DNA of 32,000 nt from Kineococcus radiotolerans SRS30216 = ATCC BAA-149 (GTDB lineage: Bacteria; Actinomycetota; Actinomycetes; Actinomycetales; Kineococcaceae), in contig NC_009664.2 in the NCBI RefSeq assembly GCF_000017305.1, positions 150,001 to 182,000 on the forward strand. The letters run 5' to 3'. This document shows, piece after piece, positions 1 to 8,662 of the stretch. A model generated the notes under the pieces. That model was not told the DNA's origin. It saw only the letters and a program-made list of their open reading frames with translations, and made no database searches. How positions within the stretch are numbered: position 1 is the stretch's first letter; each line of letters opens with the position of its first letter. Made by a program: the position numbers and the translations under genes.

Positions 1-1151
1 CGGGCGAGCTCGTCGCGCACGAGGAACGGCACCTGGGTGCTGCTGCGCACCACCAGCCGTCCCTCCTCGTCCAGCCAGCCGACCGCGGCGTGGGTCTCCA
101 GCGCGACGTGGGCGACGCGCTGGGTGCGCCAGGTCCCCTCGACGACGGCGTGGGCGGAGGCCAGGGCCTCCTCGACGTCGCCGACCTCGCTGTGCAGCTC
201 GGCGACCAGGTTGCGCGCGGGGTCCGCGATGCGGCTGTCGGCGTCCTTGTCGGCGTGCAGCAGCGGCGCACCGGGAGCGGTGGCCCGGTGCGGGTCCAGG
301 ACGGCGGGCAGCACCTCGTACTCCACGGCGATCAGCCCCAGCGCCTCCTCGGCGAGCGCCACTGACTCGGCGACGGCCACCGCGACCCGCTGGCCGTGGT
401 GGCGCAGGACGGGGTCGAGGACGAGGGTGTCGTCGGGGTCGTCGAGGCGGTTCTGGTGGCGACCGGTGGAGAACAGCACCGGCGGTGCGTCGTGGTGGGT
501 CAGCACGAGGTGCACGCCGGGCAGCGCGGCGGCGGCGCGGGTGTCGATGGCGGTGACGCGGGCGTGCGCGTGCGGGCTGCGCAGGACCGCGGCGTGCAGC
601 AACCCCGCCGGAACGTCGCCCTCGGCGAGGTCGAGGGTGTACGGCTCGGTGCCGGTGACGACGCGGTGCGCGGCCGGCGCCGCGACGGCCTCGCCGATCC
701 CCCCGCTGCGGGCGAGCGCGGGCAGGGTCTGTCCGCCCGCCGCCTCGCGGACCGCGCGGTACCCGGTGCAGCGGCACAGGTTGCCCTTGAGGTGCTCGTC
801 GAGGTCGGCGCGCTGCTCCTCGTCCAGCGCCGCGGCGGTGACGACCATCCCCGGCGTGCAGAACCCGCACTGGAACCCGGCCGCGTCCACGAAGCGCTGC
901 TGCACCGGGTGCAGGCTCCCCGCCGGGGCCAGGCCCGCGGCGGTGGTGACCTCCCGGTCGCCCGCGCGCAGCGCGGGGTACAGGCACGAGTGCACCGGGG
1001 AACCGTCCACGAGCACCGTGCAGGCCCCGCAGTCCCCGGTGTCGCAGCCCTTCTTCACCGTCGTCCCGGCGTTCTCGCGCAGCAGGGTCCGCAGGCACTG
1101 CCCCGGCCGCGGCTCCACCTCGGCGGCCACCCCGTCCACGGTGAGCTTCAC
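1..1151 (-). CDS. Xanthine dehydrogenase/aldehyde oxidase-family fused [2Fe-2S]-binding + molybdopterin-binding subunit (N-terminal part only; the gene continues past the left edge)
   Basis: Absent from the ORF track because it runs off the edge. My reverse-strand translation from GTG at 1151 gives [50 protein letters not shown]...[12 protein letters not shown]...[12 protein letters not shown]. These are the two Cys clusters typical of XDH-family 2Fe-2S subunits. The frame continues without a stop into Moco-domain-like sequence ([20 protein letters not shown]...[14 protein letters not shown]...VALETHAAV). GTGA start/stop overlap with the upstream FAD subunit gene. Confidence 0.85.
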   Translation of the reverse strand, partial: MKLTVDGVAAEVEPRPGQCLRTLLRENAGTTVKKGCDTGDCGACTVLVDGSPVHSCLYPALRAGDREVTTAAGLAPAGSLHPVQQRFVDAAGFQCGFCTPGMVVTAAALDEEQRADLDEHLKGNLCRCTGYRAVREAAGGQTLPALARSGGIGEAVAAPAAHRVVTGTEPYTLDLAEGDVPAGLLHAAVLRSPHAHARVTAIDTRAAAALPGVHLVLTHHDAPPVLFSTGRHQNRLDDPDDTLVLDPVLRHHGQRVAVAVAESVALAEEALGLIAVEYEVLPAVLDPHRATAPGAPLLHADKDADSRIADPARNLVAELHSEVGDVEEALASAHAVVEGTWRTQRVAHVALETHAAVGWLDEEGRLVVRSSTQVPFLVRDELA

Positions 1152-2026
1152 GAGGCACCCCCGGGTTCCGCGGGTTCCGCGAGTTCCTCGAGTTCTCCGA
1201 GTTCTCCGAGTTCCGCCACGACCCCCGCGACCGAGCGCAGCGTCACCGCGCGCCGCCAGTCCGGGTCGCCGTGCACGTCGGAGAACCAGCCCGGCCCCTC
1301 CGCCACGGCGGTGCGCACGTCCTGCACCGCGCGCGCGGTGGACGGCGCGGCCGGGTAGCGCAGCACCACCGGGCGCGGTGTCGCCGCCGTCACCGCCAGC
1401 GTGAACGTCCCGTCCGCGTCGCGGCGCGCGGTCACCAGCGACGCCGAGCGGCCGAGGCGCTGCAGCGAGGTGCGGCGGAACGCGGTGCGTCCGCGCAGCG
1501 CGCGCTCGGGCAGGTCCACCGCCCGCAGCACCTCCCCGGGGCGCAGCGCGGTGCGCCCGTCGCCCACCACGAACTCGGCCACCGGCAGGTGCCGGGTGGA
1601 ACCGTCCGCCCCCCACAGCTCCACGACGCCGTCGAGGGCGACGGCGAGGGAGGTCATGGCGCCGGCCGGCAGCGCCGTGCACACGTTGCCGCCGACGGTG
1701 GCCACCGCGCGCACCTTGAAGGAGGCCAGGAGCGCCCGCACGCACTGCCGCAGCAGCGGGTGCGCGGACCACCCCGGCCGGGCCGGCACGGCGGCCACCT
1801 CGGCCACCGGGCACGTCGCGGCCAGGCGCAGGCCCGCGGCGGAGACGGTCCAGGGCTGCCACTCCAGGGTGGTCAGGTCCACCAGGGTGCGCAGGTGCGG
1901 CTGCTCGCAGGAGAACAACCACGTCCCCCCGGCCAGGACGGAGGTCGTGCCCGCGCCGGTGTGCGCGGCGGCCAGCGCGGCGCGGTCACGCACGGGGATG
2001 ATGGCCTCGATCGTGTTCAGGTCCAC
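1148..2026 (-). CDS. FAD-binding subunit of xanthine dehydrogenase-family molybdoenzyme (CoxM/XdhB-like)
   Basis: 292-aa ORF with [11 protein letters not shown] and [16 protein letters not shown] motifs typical of FAD-binding molybdopterin dehydrogenase subunits. It overlaps the downstream 2Fe-2S/Moco gene by 4 nt. The C-terminal tail is encoded by a 9-bp tandem repeat. Confidence 0.88.
   Translation of the reverse strand: MDLNTIEAIIPVRDRAALAAAHTGAGTTSVLAGGTWLFSCEQPHLRTLVDLTTLEWQPWTVSAAGLRLAATCPVAEVAAVPARPGWSAHPLLRQCVRALLASFKVRAVATVGGNVCTALPAGAMTSLAVALDGVVELWGADGSTRHLPVAEFVVGDGRTALRPGEVLRAVDLPERALRGRTAFRRTSLQRLGRSASLVTARRDADGTFTLAVTAATPRPVVLRYPAAPSTARAVQDVRTAVAEGPGWFSDVHGDPDWRRAVTLRSVAGVVAELGELGELEELAEPAEPGGAS
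1162..1215. repeat. Imperfect 9-bp tandem repeat x6 inside the 3' end of the FAD-subunit gene
   Basis: cgggttccg cgggttccg cgagttcct cgagttctc cgagttctc cgagttccg. On the minus strand it encodes [18 protein letters not shown]. Confidence 0.9.
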
Positions 2027-2061
2027 GGGTGCGAGCCCTTCTCGAGACGACGGAGGTGCGC

Positions 2062-3582
2062 GTGCGGGTCCACGACCTGCTGCCGCGGTACGACGGCGAC
2101 CCCGCGGGTCCGGCCGCGGGAGCCGGGCTGCGGATGCTCGCCGGTCGGCCCACGGCGTTGCAGCGTCCCGTCACGGGCACCAGCACCGTGGACCTGCTCG
2201 ACCCCGGCCGCTACGTCGGCGTGGCCCACCTGGTGCTCACCGGCTTGGCGTGGCGCCGCGGCGGCGACGACAGCGAGCGGTTCGTCGCCGCGGTCGCCGA
2301 GGCCGGGGCCAGCGCCCTCGGGGTCGGCGAGGGTCTGCTCGGGGAGGTCCCCGCGGACGTCGTGCGGGCCGCGCGACGGCACGAGCTGCCGTTGTTCGCG
2401 GTGCCCGCCGACCTGCCCTTCCACGAGATCAGCGCGCGCGTCGCCGCCGCCGTCGCACCCGGCACGGGCCCCGGTTCCGGTGCCGGGTCGGCCGGCGACG
2501 GCGCCGTGCTCCGGGTGCTGCGGGGCCTGGCCGAGGGCCGCCCCCTGTCCGAGCAGGTCGAGGACGTCTCCGCCCACCTGGGCCGTCCGGTGCGGGTGCT
2601 GTCGGCCACCGGCCGGCTGGTGGCCGGACCGGCGACGCTCAGCGAGGACGAGGCCGACGACGTCGTGCGCAGCGGGGCGCGCGCGACCGCCCGCGGGGCA
2701 GCCGGGCCGGGCCTGGTGCGGCTGGCGGGCGGGGCGGTGCAGGTGCGTGCGGTGGCGGCCGAGGACCCCGCCGAGCGCTGGTGGGTGCTCACGGACGCCG
2801 GTGCTCCCGCCGGGGCGGGTGCGCTGCTCGACGCGCTCGCCGGAGCGGTCGCGGTGCACCGCCGCACCGCGGCACCCCCACCCGCCCCGGCGGGGCGTGT
2901 CGTGGTGGTCCTGGCCGAGGGGGCGTGGTCGGCGCAGGCGCTGGCCGACGCCCTGGGCGACGTGCCGCACCGGGTGCAGCTCACCTCCGGCGGCACCACC
3001 GCCGTCGCGCAGGCCCGCCCGGACCTGGTGGCGCTGCTGCGCCGGCGCCTGTCGCGCCTGGAACCCTCCCTCGGTGCGCGCCGGCTGCTCGTCGGGGTGA
3101 GCCGTGGCGAGGAGGAGGGGGAGGACGCGGTGGCCGGCGCGCGGCGCGCGCTGAGCGCCGCGCACGACACCACCGCGGACCGCGTCGTCGTCCTGGAGGA
3201 CACCCGCACCGGCACGGTCGTGGACCTGCTGCGCGCCGTCCCGGTCCCTGAGCGGACGGCGTTCGTGCGCAGCGTGCTGGACCCGGTGCTCGGCGACGGG
3301 GAACTGCTCACCACGCTGCGCGTGCACCTGGGCCACGGCTGCTCGCCCACCCGCACCGCCCAGGCGCTGCACGTGCACCAGAACACCGTCCGCTACCGGG
3401 TGGCCCGCCTGGAGGAGCTGCTCGGGCGGAACCTGCGGGAGGTCGCCGACCTCGCCGACGTGCACGTCGCCCTGCGGCTGCACGACGACCTCGCCGGTCC
3501 CGGCGGGCGCGGGACCGGCGGTCCCGGCGGGCCCGGCCGGGGTGCCGCTGGTCCGGTCCGACACGGCGGGGCTCCTCAGTAG
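2062..3582 (+). CDS. pucR: PucR-family transcriptional regulator (purine catabolism regulator-like)
   Basis: C-terminal PucR-type HTH: LLTTLRVHLGHGCSPTRTAQALHVHQNTVRYRVARLEELLG. N-terminal purine-catabolism-regulator-like region: HLVLTGLAW, ELPLFAVPADLPFHEI. The ORF opens at GTG 2029 (only 2 nt from the divergent gene start), but GGAGG at 2052-2056 favours GTG 2062. The start is uncertain; the stop, TAG 3580-3582, is firm. Confidence 0.85.
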   Translation: MRVHDLLPRYDGDPAGPAAGAGLRMLAGRPTALQRPVTGTSTVDLLDPGRYVGVAHLVLTGLAWRRGGDDSERFVAAVAEAGASALGVGEGLLGEVPADVVRAARRHELPLFAVPADLPFHEISARVAAAVAPGTGPGSGAGSAGDGAVLRVLRGLAEGRPLSEQVEDVSAHLGRPVRVLSATGRLVAGPATLSEDEADDVVRSGARATARGAAGPGLVRLAGGAVQVRAVAAEDPAERWWVLTDAGAPAGAGALLDALAGAVAVHRRTAAPPPAPAGRVVVVLAEGAWSAQALADALGDVPHRVQLTSGGTTAVAQARPDLVALLRRRLSRLEPSLGARRLLVGVSRGEEEGEDAVAGARRALSAAHDTTADRVVVLEDTRTGTVVDLLRAVPVPERTAFVRSVLDPVLGDGELLTTLRVHLGHGCSPTRTAQALHVHQNTVRYRVARLEELLGRNLREVADLADVHVALRLHDDLAGPGGRGTGGPGGPGRGAAGPVRHGGAPQ

Positions 3583-4061
3583 TCGACGCGCGCGGCGCTG
3601 GTCAGCCACGCGTCGAAGGGTTCGGTGGCGCAGGGGACCTCCTGCTGGAGCACCGGCGTGGACCACGACGCCCGGTCGGTGGAGAAGAGCTCGTAGAAGG
3701 TGCGGTCGTCGAAGCCCCCGCGGGCGGCGTCGTCGCGGTCGGCGGCGTACACGACGCGGTCCACCCGCGCCCACAGCGAGGAGGCCAGGCACATCGGGCA
3801 CGGCTCGCAGCTGGAGTACAGGGTGGTGCCGTGCAGGGAGAACGTGCCGGTCAGGCGGCACGCCTCGCGGATGGCCTGGACCTCGGCGTGCGCGGTGGGG
3901 TCGTTGTCCCGGGTGACCCGGTTCTGCCCCGCGGCCAGCAGTTCCCCGCCCCGCACGAGCACCGCGCCGAAGGGGCCACCGCCCTCGGCGACGTTCTTCG
4001 TCGCCAGTTCCACGGCGCGTTCCAGGAAGTGCGCGTCGGCGGCGCCCGCAGCCGCGCTCAC
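3576..4061 (-). CDS. guaD: Guanine deaminase, cytidine-deaminase fold (B. subtilis GuaD type)
   Basis: FLERAVELATKNVAEGGGPFGAVLV...GQNRVTRDNDPTAHAEVQAIREAC...LYSSCEPCPMCL...AAADRDDAARGGFDD aligns closely with my recollection of B. subtilis GuaD (HAE and PCxxC zinc motifs). The track ORF (to 4643) is over-extended. GTG at 4061 overlaps the uricase stop (GTGA). Confidence 0.85.
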   Translation of the reverse strand: MSAAAGAADAHFLERAVELATKNVAEGGGPFGAVLVRGGELLAAGQNRVTRDNDPTAHAEVQAIREACRLTGTFSLHGTTLYSSCEPCPMCLASSLWARVDRVVYAADRDDAARGGFDDRTFYELFSTDRASWSTPVLQQEVPCATEPFDAWLTSAARVDY

Positions 4062-4957
4062 GCCCACGCCTCCGGCGCCGCCGGGAAGACGTCGTTCGCC
4101 ACGACGGCCTGGATCAGGCCGTAGGGGCGGTCGGCGGCGTGGAACACCTCGCCGTGGTTGTCGGTTCCGAAGCGCGCCAGGTCGTAGTCGAAGTGGTGCT
4201 TGTTCGGCGCCAGCAACCGGATCTCCGCCGCCTCGGGCACCCGTTCCAGGGCGCTGCGGCCCATGTGCCACAGGGTCTGCTGCAGCGCGAGGGAGTGCAG
4301 CGTGGCGAACTGCTCGATCAGCGCCTCGCGGATCGTCGCGTACGCGGCGTCGAAGTCGAAGCCGTCCGCCAGGGCCGCGGCGCCGTAGCGCCAGGTCGCC
4401 ACCAGCGACGTCGCCATGACCCGGTCGTCGGTCTCGGGCAGGGTGGTGTACGCGTCGGTGAGGAAACCCTTGAACTGCGACCCGGTGGACTTCAGCAGCG
4501 TGAGGTCCTTCAGGCCGGCGAGCACGTGGACGACCTGCCGGCCGTCCCCGTCGCTGACGGTGGCGGCGGCGGTGCGGACCTCGGCCCCGGACCGGATCCA
4601 GGTGTGGTCGTGCTCGTTCCCGCCGACCTGCGCCCGCGTCCACGGGTACGCCTCGACGTCGACGCGCGCGCCGCTGACGGGTTCGACGTCGTCGACGAAG
4701 TGGCGCGCGAGGTCCAGCGCGTACCCCTCGACGGTGGCGACGCCCTTCTCCTTGGCGTACGCGTACACGGTGTTCTTCTGCGTGTCCGTCGGGAGGACCT
4801 TCGACTGGTCGCCGCTGAGGTAGGCGTCGGCGAAGTCACCGCGCAGCGTCGTCGTGACGTTCAGGTCCACGATTTCGTGGCGGGCGGTGTCCCGCCGGAA
4901 GCGGACGACCCGGTTCTCGGCCTTGCCGTAGCGGTGGTCCGCCAGGACGATCGACAC
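4058..4957 (-). CDS. uox: Urate oxidase (uricase)
   Basis: VLADHRYGKAENRVVRF...VLPTDTQKNTVYAYAK...LKSTGSQFKGF...HSLALQQTLWHMG...LAPNKHHF are hallmark uricase motifs. The start is trimmed to GTG 4957, 2 nt after the upstream gene's TGA. Confidence 0.92.
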   Translation of the reverse strand: MSIVLADHRYGKAENRVVRFRRDTARHEIVDLNVTTTLRGDFADAYLSGDQSKVLPTDTQKNTVYAYAKEKGVATVEGYALDLARHFVDDVEPVSGARVDVEAYPWTRAQVGGNEHDHTWIRSGAEVRTAAATVSDGDGRQVVHVLAGLKDLTLLKSTGSQFKGFLTDAYTTLPETDDRVMATSLVATWRYGAAALADGFDFDAAYATIREALIEQFATLHSLALQQTLWHMGRSALERVPEAAEIRLLAPNKHHFDYDLARFGTDNHGEVFHAADRPYGLIQAVVANDVFPAAPEAWA

Positions 4958-4959
4958 GG

Positions 4960-5289
4960 TCAGCTCCCGCGGTAGGTGGAGTAGGCGAACGGGGACAGCA
5001 GCAGCGGCACGTGCAGGTGGGGACGGGCGTCCGCGCCGGGGGTGACGGTGAAGGCGACGACGACCTCCGGGTGGAACGTCTCGCGCCCGGCGGCGGCGAA
5101 CCACTCCCCCGTGGCGAAGGTCAGGCGGTGCACCCCGGCCCCGAGGTCGGCGTCGAGGCGGGCGCGCCCGTCGGCGTCGGTGCCGGCCCTGGTCAGGACC
5201 TCCCCGCCTGGCCCGGTGAGGGTGAGGCTCACCCCCACGGCCGCCGTGCCGGTGACGGCGTCGAGGACGTGGGTGGACAAGGTCGTCAC
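4960..5289 (-). CDS. uraH: 5-hydroxyisourate hydrolase (transthyretin-like)
   Basis: 109 aa. LSTHVLDAVTGTAAVGVSL...GRARLD...HLHVPLLLSPFAYSTYRGS, including the diagnostic C-terminal YSTYRGS. GTG 5289 overlaps the upstream stop (GTGA). Confidence 0.9.
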   Translation of the reverse strand: MTTLSTHVLDAVTGTAAVGVSLTLTGPGGEVLTRAGTDADGRARLDADLGAGVHRLTFATGEWFAAAGRETFHPEVVVAFTVTPGADARPHLHVPLLLSPFAYSTYRGS

Positions 5290-5825
5290 GACGCGGTCCC
5301 CGCCCGCACCGGCGACGCGTCGCCCACGGCGCGCTCCAGCCGCAGGCGGGTGATGGCCGCGAGTTCCCGGCGCAGCACGGCGCGCTCGGTGACGGGGTCG
5401 TTGTCCAGCCGGGAACGGAGCACGGCGAGCAGCTCCTCCGCGCTGCGCCCGGACGCGCACACCAGGTACACGTGCCCGAAGCGGGCCTCGTAGGCGCGGT
5501 TTCCCGCGGCGAGGTCGTCGAGCACGGCCGCGTCGGCCGACAGCGCCGCGGCCTGCTCCCGGCGGGAGGCGGCGTTCGCCGGACGTTCCCCGATGCGGGG
5601 GTGAGCGGCCAGCGCGGCGTCGACGTCCTCCTCGGACGCGGTGGCCAGAGCGGCGTCGGCGGCGTCCAGCAACGCGGCCACCGCGGGGAACGGGCGCTGC
5701 GCCGCGAGGGCGGCGGCCCACCCGGGTGCGTGGCAGCAGGCCAGGAGCAGGTCGCGGAACTCCTGCTCCGGAAGGGCGTTCAAGGCGACGACGCCCTGGA
5801 CGCGGCCCTCGGTGGTGCTCACCAT
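5286..5825 (-). CDS. uraD: OHCU decarboxylase (2-oxo-4-hydroxy-4-carboxy-5-ureidoimidazoline decarboxylase)
   Basis: 179 aa. LNALPEQEFRDLLLACCHAPGWA...AHPRIGE...SRREQAA...NRAYEARFGHVYLVCASGRSAEELL matches the OHCU decarboxylase family. ATG 5825 is preceded by GGAGGAGG. It is the first gene of the uraD-uraH-uox-guaD operon. The 566-aa track ORF is an upstream over-extension. Confidence 0.88.
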   Translation of the reverse strand: MVSTTEGRVQGVVALNALPEQEFRDLLLACCHAPGWAAALAAQRPFPAVAALLDAADAALATASEEDVDAALAAHPRIGERPANAASRREQAAALSADAAVLDDLAAGNRAYEARFGHVYLVCASGRSAEELLAVLRSRLDNDPVTERAVLRRELAAITRLRLERAVGDASPVRAGTAS

Positions 5826-5928
5826 CGTTGCCTCCTCCTGGTGACGGACGGCCAGTGTCACCGGGTCCGGCGAGGCCGCGCAGCCGCCGAAGTGCCAGCG
5901 TTCGGTGTCCGCGACCGCGGTCCCTGGT

Positions 5929-5981
5929 CGGAACCACCAAACGGCGCGGAGTCCGGAACCCGCCGGAAACGTGCCGGAAAC
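5929..5981. promoter_or_regulatory. Array of four direct CCGGAA(A/C)C-type repeats; the last three are at 10-11 bp spacing (candidate operator in a divergent promoter region)
   Basis: cggaacc at 5929, ccggaacc at 5953, ccggaaac at 5963, ccggaaac at 5974. The array lies in the 243-bp gap between the uraD start (5825, minus) and the mocA-like start (6069, plus). Confidence 0.3.
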
Positions 5982-6068
5982 ACCGCCGCCCACCCCGCCC
6001 CCGTCTCCCCCGCCGACCGCGTCCTCGCCCGCGCCGGCCGGCCGGCGGTCCCGTGGTGGAATGGGCCG

Positions 6069-6683
6069 GTGCCGGTCCTGGGGGTGGTGCTCGCAGCGGG
6101 CGCGGGAACACGCATGGGGGTTCCCAAGGCGCTGCTGCGCTCGGCCGGGGGCGCCAGCTGGGCGGCCCGGACGACGGAGGTCCTCCGGGCCGGCGGCTGC
6201 GCGTCGGTGGCCGTCACCGTCGGCGCCGCCGCCGGGGAGGTCCGCTCCAGCCTGCCGGACCGGGTGGACGTCCTCGAGGTGCCCGACTGGGACCGCGGCC
6301 CGGGCGGAAGCGTCCTCGCCGCGCTCGACCACGCGCGGGCCGCGGGGGTCGAGGCGCTGCTGCTGATGCTGGTGGACCTGCCCGAGGTCACGGCGGGCGA
6401 CGTGCGGGCGGTGCTGGAGGCCGGGGGCGAGGATCCCTCGGCCGCGCTCGTCCGCGCGGGGTGGCGGGGCCGCGGAGGGCACCCCGTGCTCCTGGGGCGT
6501 CGGCACTGGGCCCGGGCCACGAGGCTCGCCGCCTCCGGGACGGGGCTGCGGGAACTGCTGCGGGAGGAGGGGTGTCTCGAGGTCGCGGTGGCCGCGTCGG
6601 TGCGGGACGTCGACACCCCGGACGCGCTCCCGGAAGGCACCTCCTCCCCCGGCGGTGTCCGGTGGAGGGCCCCGGCGCGGTGA
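6069..6683 (+). CDS. MobA/MocA-like nucleotidyltransferase (probable molybdenum cofactor cytidylyltransferase)
   Basis: 204 aa starting at GTG 6069. N-terminal LGVVLAAGAGTRMGVPKALL NTP-transferase motif, then LLLMLVDLPEVT and GGHPVLL. This family typically accompanies XDH/CoxL-type enzymes. High GC3 in this frame. Confidence 0.75.
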   Translation: MPVLGVVLAAGAGTRMGVPKALLRSAGGASWAARTTEVLRAGGCASVAVTVGAAAGEVRSSLPDRVDVLEVPDWDRGPGGSVLAALDHARAAGVEALLLMLVDLPEVTAGDVRAVLEAGGEDPSAALVRAGWRGRGGHPVLLGRRHWARATRLAASGTGLRELLREEGCLEVAVAASVRDVDTPDALPEGTSSPGGVRWRAPAR

Positions 6684-6702
6684 CCCGGGGCCCGTCCCCG
6701 GG
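6684..6702. terminator. GC hairpin between convergent genes (possible bidirectional intrinsic terminator)
   Basis: cccgggg (6684-6690) pairs with ccccggg (6696-6702), with a 5-nt loop. It sits in the 37-nt gap between the mocA-like stop and the permease stop. There is no T-tract. Confidence 0.3.
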
Positions 6703-6720
6703 CGGGTCCTGACCGCGCGG

Positions 6721-8094
6721 TCACACCGCAGCGGGCCTCCGCTTCGGCAGCAGCGCGTAGGTGGCGGCGGCGACCGCAAACCCGACGAGGGCGGTGAGGT
6801 CACCGGCGCCGGGTGCTGCGGCGGGAACGGGACCCACGTAGATCTCCTGGTTGGCGAAGAGCCCCACGGAGAGGACGAGCCCGATGAGCATGGCGGCCAC
6901 GCCCGAGGGGTTGCGGAAGGCGCGGTCGTGCAGCAGGGGCTGCAGGTCCCGCCCCCGGCGGGCGAACTGGTCGACGAGGACGACACCGAGCCACGGGGCG
7001 ATCCAGTAGGCGATGACGAGCAGGAACTGCTCGTAGGCGTGACCGGCGTCGGACAACCCCGCCCAGGCCAGGACGAAACCCACGACGCCGAAGGCGACCG
7101 GCACGATCGCCCGGCGCCGGGTCAGCGCCGTGAACCCCATGGTCAGGAACGACATCGAGCCGGAGTAGACGTTGAGGATGTTCGCGCAGATCGCCCCCAG
7201 GGCGATGGCCAGCAGGGTGATCTGGCCCAGCGCAGTGGGCAGGTGGGAGGTGAACGCCGCGGTGGGGTTGCCGTCGACCGCGCCGGGGATGGTCACCGAC
7301 GCGGCGCCGGCGAGCATGAGGACCGAGGTGGAGACGAACAGACCGAGACCCGCCGCCCGGCCCGCCGCGGCCCCGGTGCCCGGCCGCAGGTAGCGGGTGT
7401 AGTCGGTGGCGTAGGGGTTCCAGCCCGCGGTGTAGCCCCAGGCGGTGGCCGCGGCGAGGATGAAACCGCCGGTACCGCCGGGGGTGGCGGGCGCCGCGCT
7501 GTAGTCCGCCTCGGCGAAGGTCAGCACCGCGACGACGGCGAACACCACCGCCAGCACGACGGCGGCGTAGCGCTCGAAGAGGTGCACGAGGTCGTGCCCG
7601 AGGGCGGCGATGGCGATCTGCACGACCACGACCGCCACCAGGCACAGCAGGGCGGGCAGGCTCGTCAGGGCGGACAGCGCGAAGGCCGCGCTGACGCTGT
7701 TGACGGCGAACCACCCGAAGCCGGCCATGACCGACATGAGCGCCGCGGGCAGCAGGTTGCCGAGGTGGCCGAACGCCGTGCGTCCCAGCACCATCTGCGG
7801 GACCCCGACGCCGGGCCCGCGGGCGGACAGGACGCCGTGGCTGATCGCGGCCAGGGCGTTGCCCAGCAGGAGGGCGGCCGCGGCCTGCCAGAACGACAGG
7901 CCGAAGGCCTGCGTGGCGAGGACCCCGACGAAGATCGTGGCGAACTCGAGGTTCGGTGAGCTCCACGTCCAGGCCAGGTTCCGCGGCCGACCGCGACGTT
8001 CGTCCAGGGGGATGGTCTCGGTGCTGCGCCGCTCGATCGTCTCGGTGCGCACCGCGGTGGTGGTCTCGCCGTCGGCGGTGGGGGTGGTGGTCAC
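6721..8094 (-). CDS. NCS1-family purine/cytosine permease (CodB/FCY2-like)
   Basis: 457 aa with about 12 hydrophobic segments. N-terminal IPLDERRGRPRNLAWTWSSPNLEFATIFVG and GWNPYATDYTRYL are typical of cytosine/purine permeases. GTG 8094 overlaps the cytosine deaminase stop (GTGA). Confidence 0.85.
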   Translation of the reverse strand: MTTTPTADGETTTAVRTETIERRSTETIPLDERRGRPRNLAWTWSSPNLEFATIFVGVLATQAFGLSFWQAAAALLLGNALAAISHGVLSARGPGVGVPQMVLGRTAFGHLGNLLPAALMSVMAGFGWFAVNSVSAAFALSALTSLPALLCLVAVVVVQIAIAALGHDLVHLFERYAAVVLAVVFAVVAVLTFAEADYSAAPATPGGTGGFILAAATAWGYTAGWNPYATDYTRYLRPGTGAAAGRAAGLGLFVSTSVLMLAGAASVTIPGAVDGNPTAAFTSHLPTALGQITLLAIALGAICANILNVYSGSMSFLTMGFTALTRRRAIVPVAFGVVGFVLAWAGLSDAGHAYEQFLLVIAYWIAPWLGVVLVDQFARRGRDLQPLLHDRAFRNPSGVAAMLIGLVLSVGLFANQEIYVGPVPAAAPGAGDLTALVGFAVAAATYALLPKRRPAAV

Positions 8095-8588
8095 GGGAGG
8101 TCCTCTCCGATATCTTCGAACCACACGTCGGGGCGCTGCTCGATGAAGGTGGTCATGAGGGCTCGGCAACGGTCGTCGTCGAGCACGGTCACCGAGACGC
8201 CGTGCTCGGCGAGCCAGGCGTGCCCGCCGGTGAAGGTGGTGCTCTCCCCGACGAGCAGGTGCCCGATCCCGAACTGGCGCACCAGCCCGCTGCAGTACCA
8301 GCAGGGCGACAGCGTGGTCACCATCACGGTGTGGCGGTAGGACGCTCGCCGGCCGGCGTTGCGGAAGGCGTCGGTCTCACCGTGCACGGACGGGTCGTCG
8401 TCCTGCACGCGCCGGTTGCGGCCGGCGCCGAGCAGGGTGCCGTCGAGGGTGAAGAGGGCGGCCCCGATGGGGACACCGCCCTCGGCGGCGCCCGCGCGGG
8501 CCTGCTCGAGGGCCACGTCGAGCAGGCGGGTGGCGTCGAGGGCGGGTGGGAGCAGGAGCGTGGTGGTCACGGTGGCAGTCCACCGCAC
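8091..8588 (-). CDS. Cytosine deaminase, yeast FCY1 type (cytidine-deaminase fold)
   Basis: GGVPIGAALF...HGETDAF...TTLSPCWYCSG...VLDDDRCRALMTTFIEQRPDVWFEDIGE parallels my recollection of S. cerevisiae Fcy1 along its length, including the C-terminal WFEDIGE. Co-transcribed with the permease. Confidence 0.85.
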   Translation of the reverse strand: MRWTATVTTTLLLPPALDATRLLDVALEQARAGAAEGGVPIGAALFTLDGTLLGAGRNRRVQDDDPSVHGETDAFRNAGRRASYRHTVMVTTLSPCWYCSGLVRQFGIGHLLVGESTTFTGGHAWLAEHGVSVTVLDDDRCRALMTTFIEQRPDVWFEDIGEDLP

Positions 8589-8662
8589 CCGGCTCGTCCC
8601 CCGGCAGGGACACGACGTCAGCCATCGAGCCGGCGATCACGTGCACCGCGTACCGTGCGCGG

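Noticed and set aside
37-3861. Very long ORFs in the track (37-1404 +, 396-1358 +, 1271-3100 +, 1401-3251 +, 2017-3861 -, 2211-3386 -)
   Set aside because: Their translations are Arg/Pro/Gly/Ala-rich low-complexity strings typical of off-frame or antisense reading of 74% GC coding DNA. They overlap frames that carry clear XDH and PucR motifs and have lower third-position GC.
3576-6986. Track versions of guaD (355 aa), uox (348 aa), uraH (383 aa) and uraD (566 aa) with long N-terminal extensions
   Set aside because: The extensions are Arg/Pro-rich, overlap the preceding gene's conserved coding region, and precede internal GTG/ATG starts. Those internal starts sit at stop-overlap junctions or after a GGAGG, and give family-typical lengths. 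The genes were trimmed accordingly.
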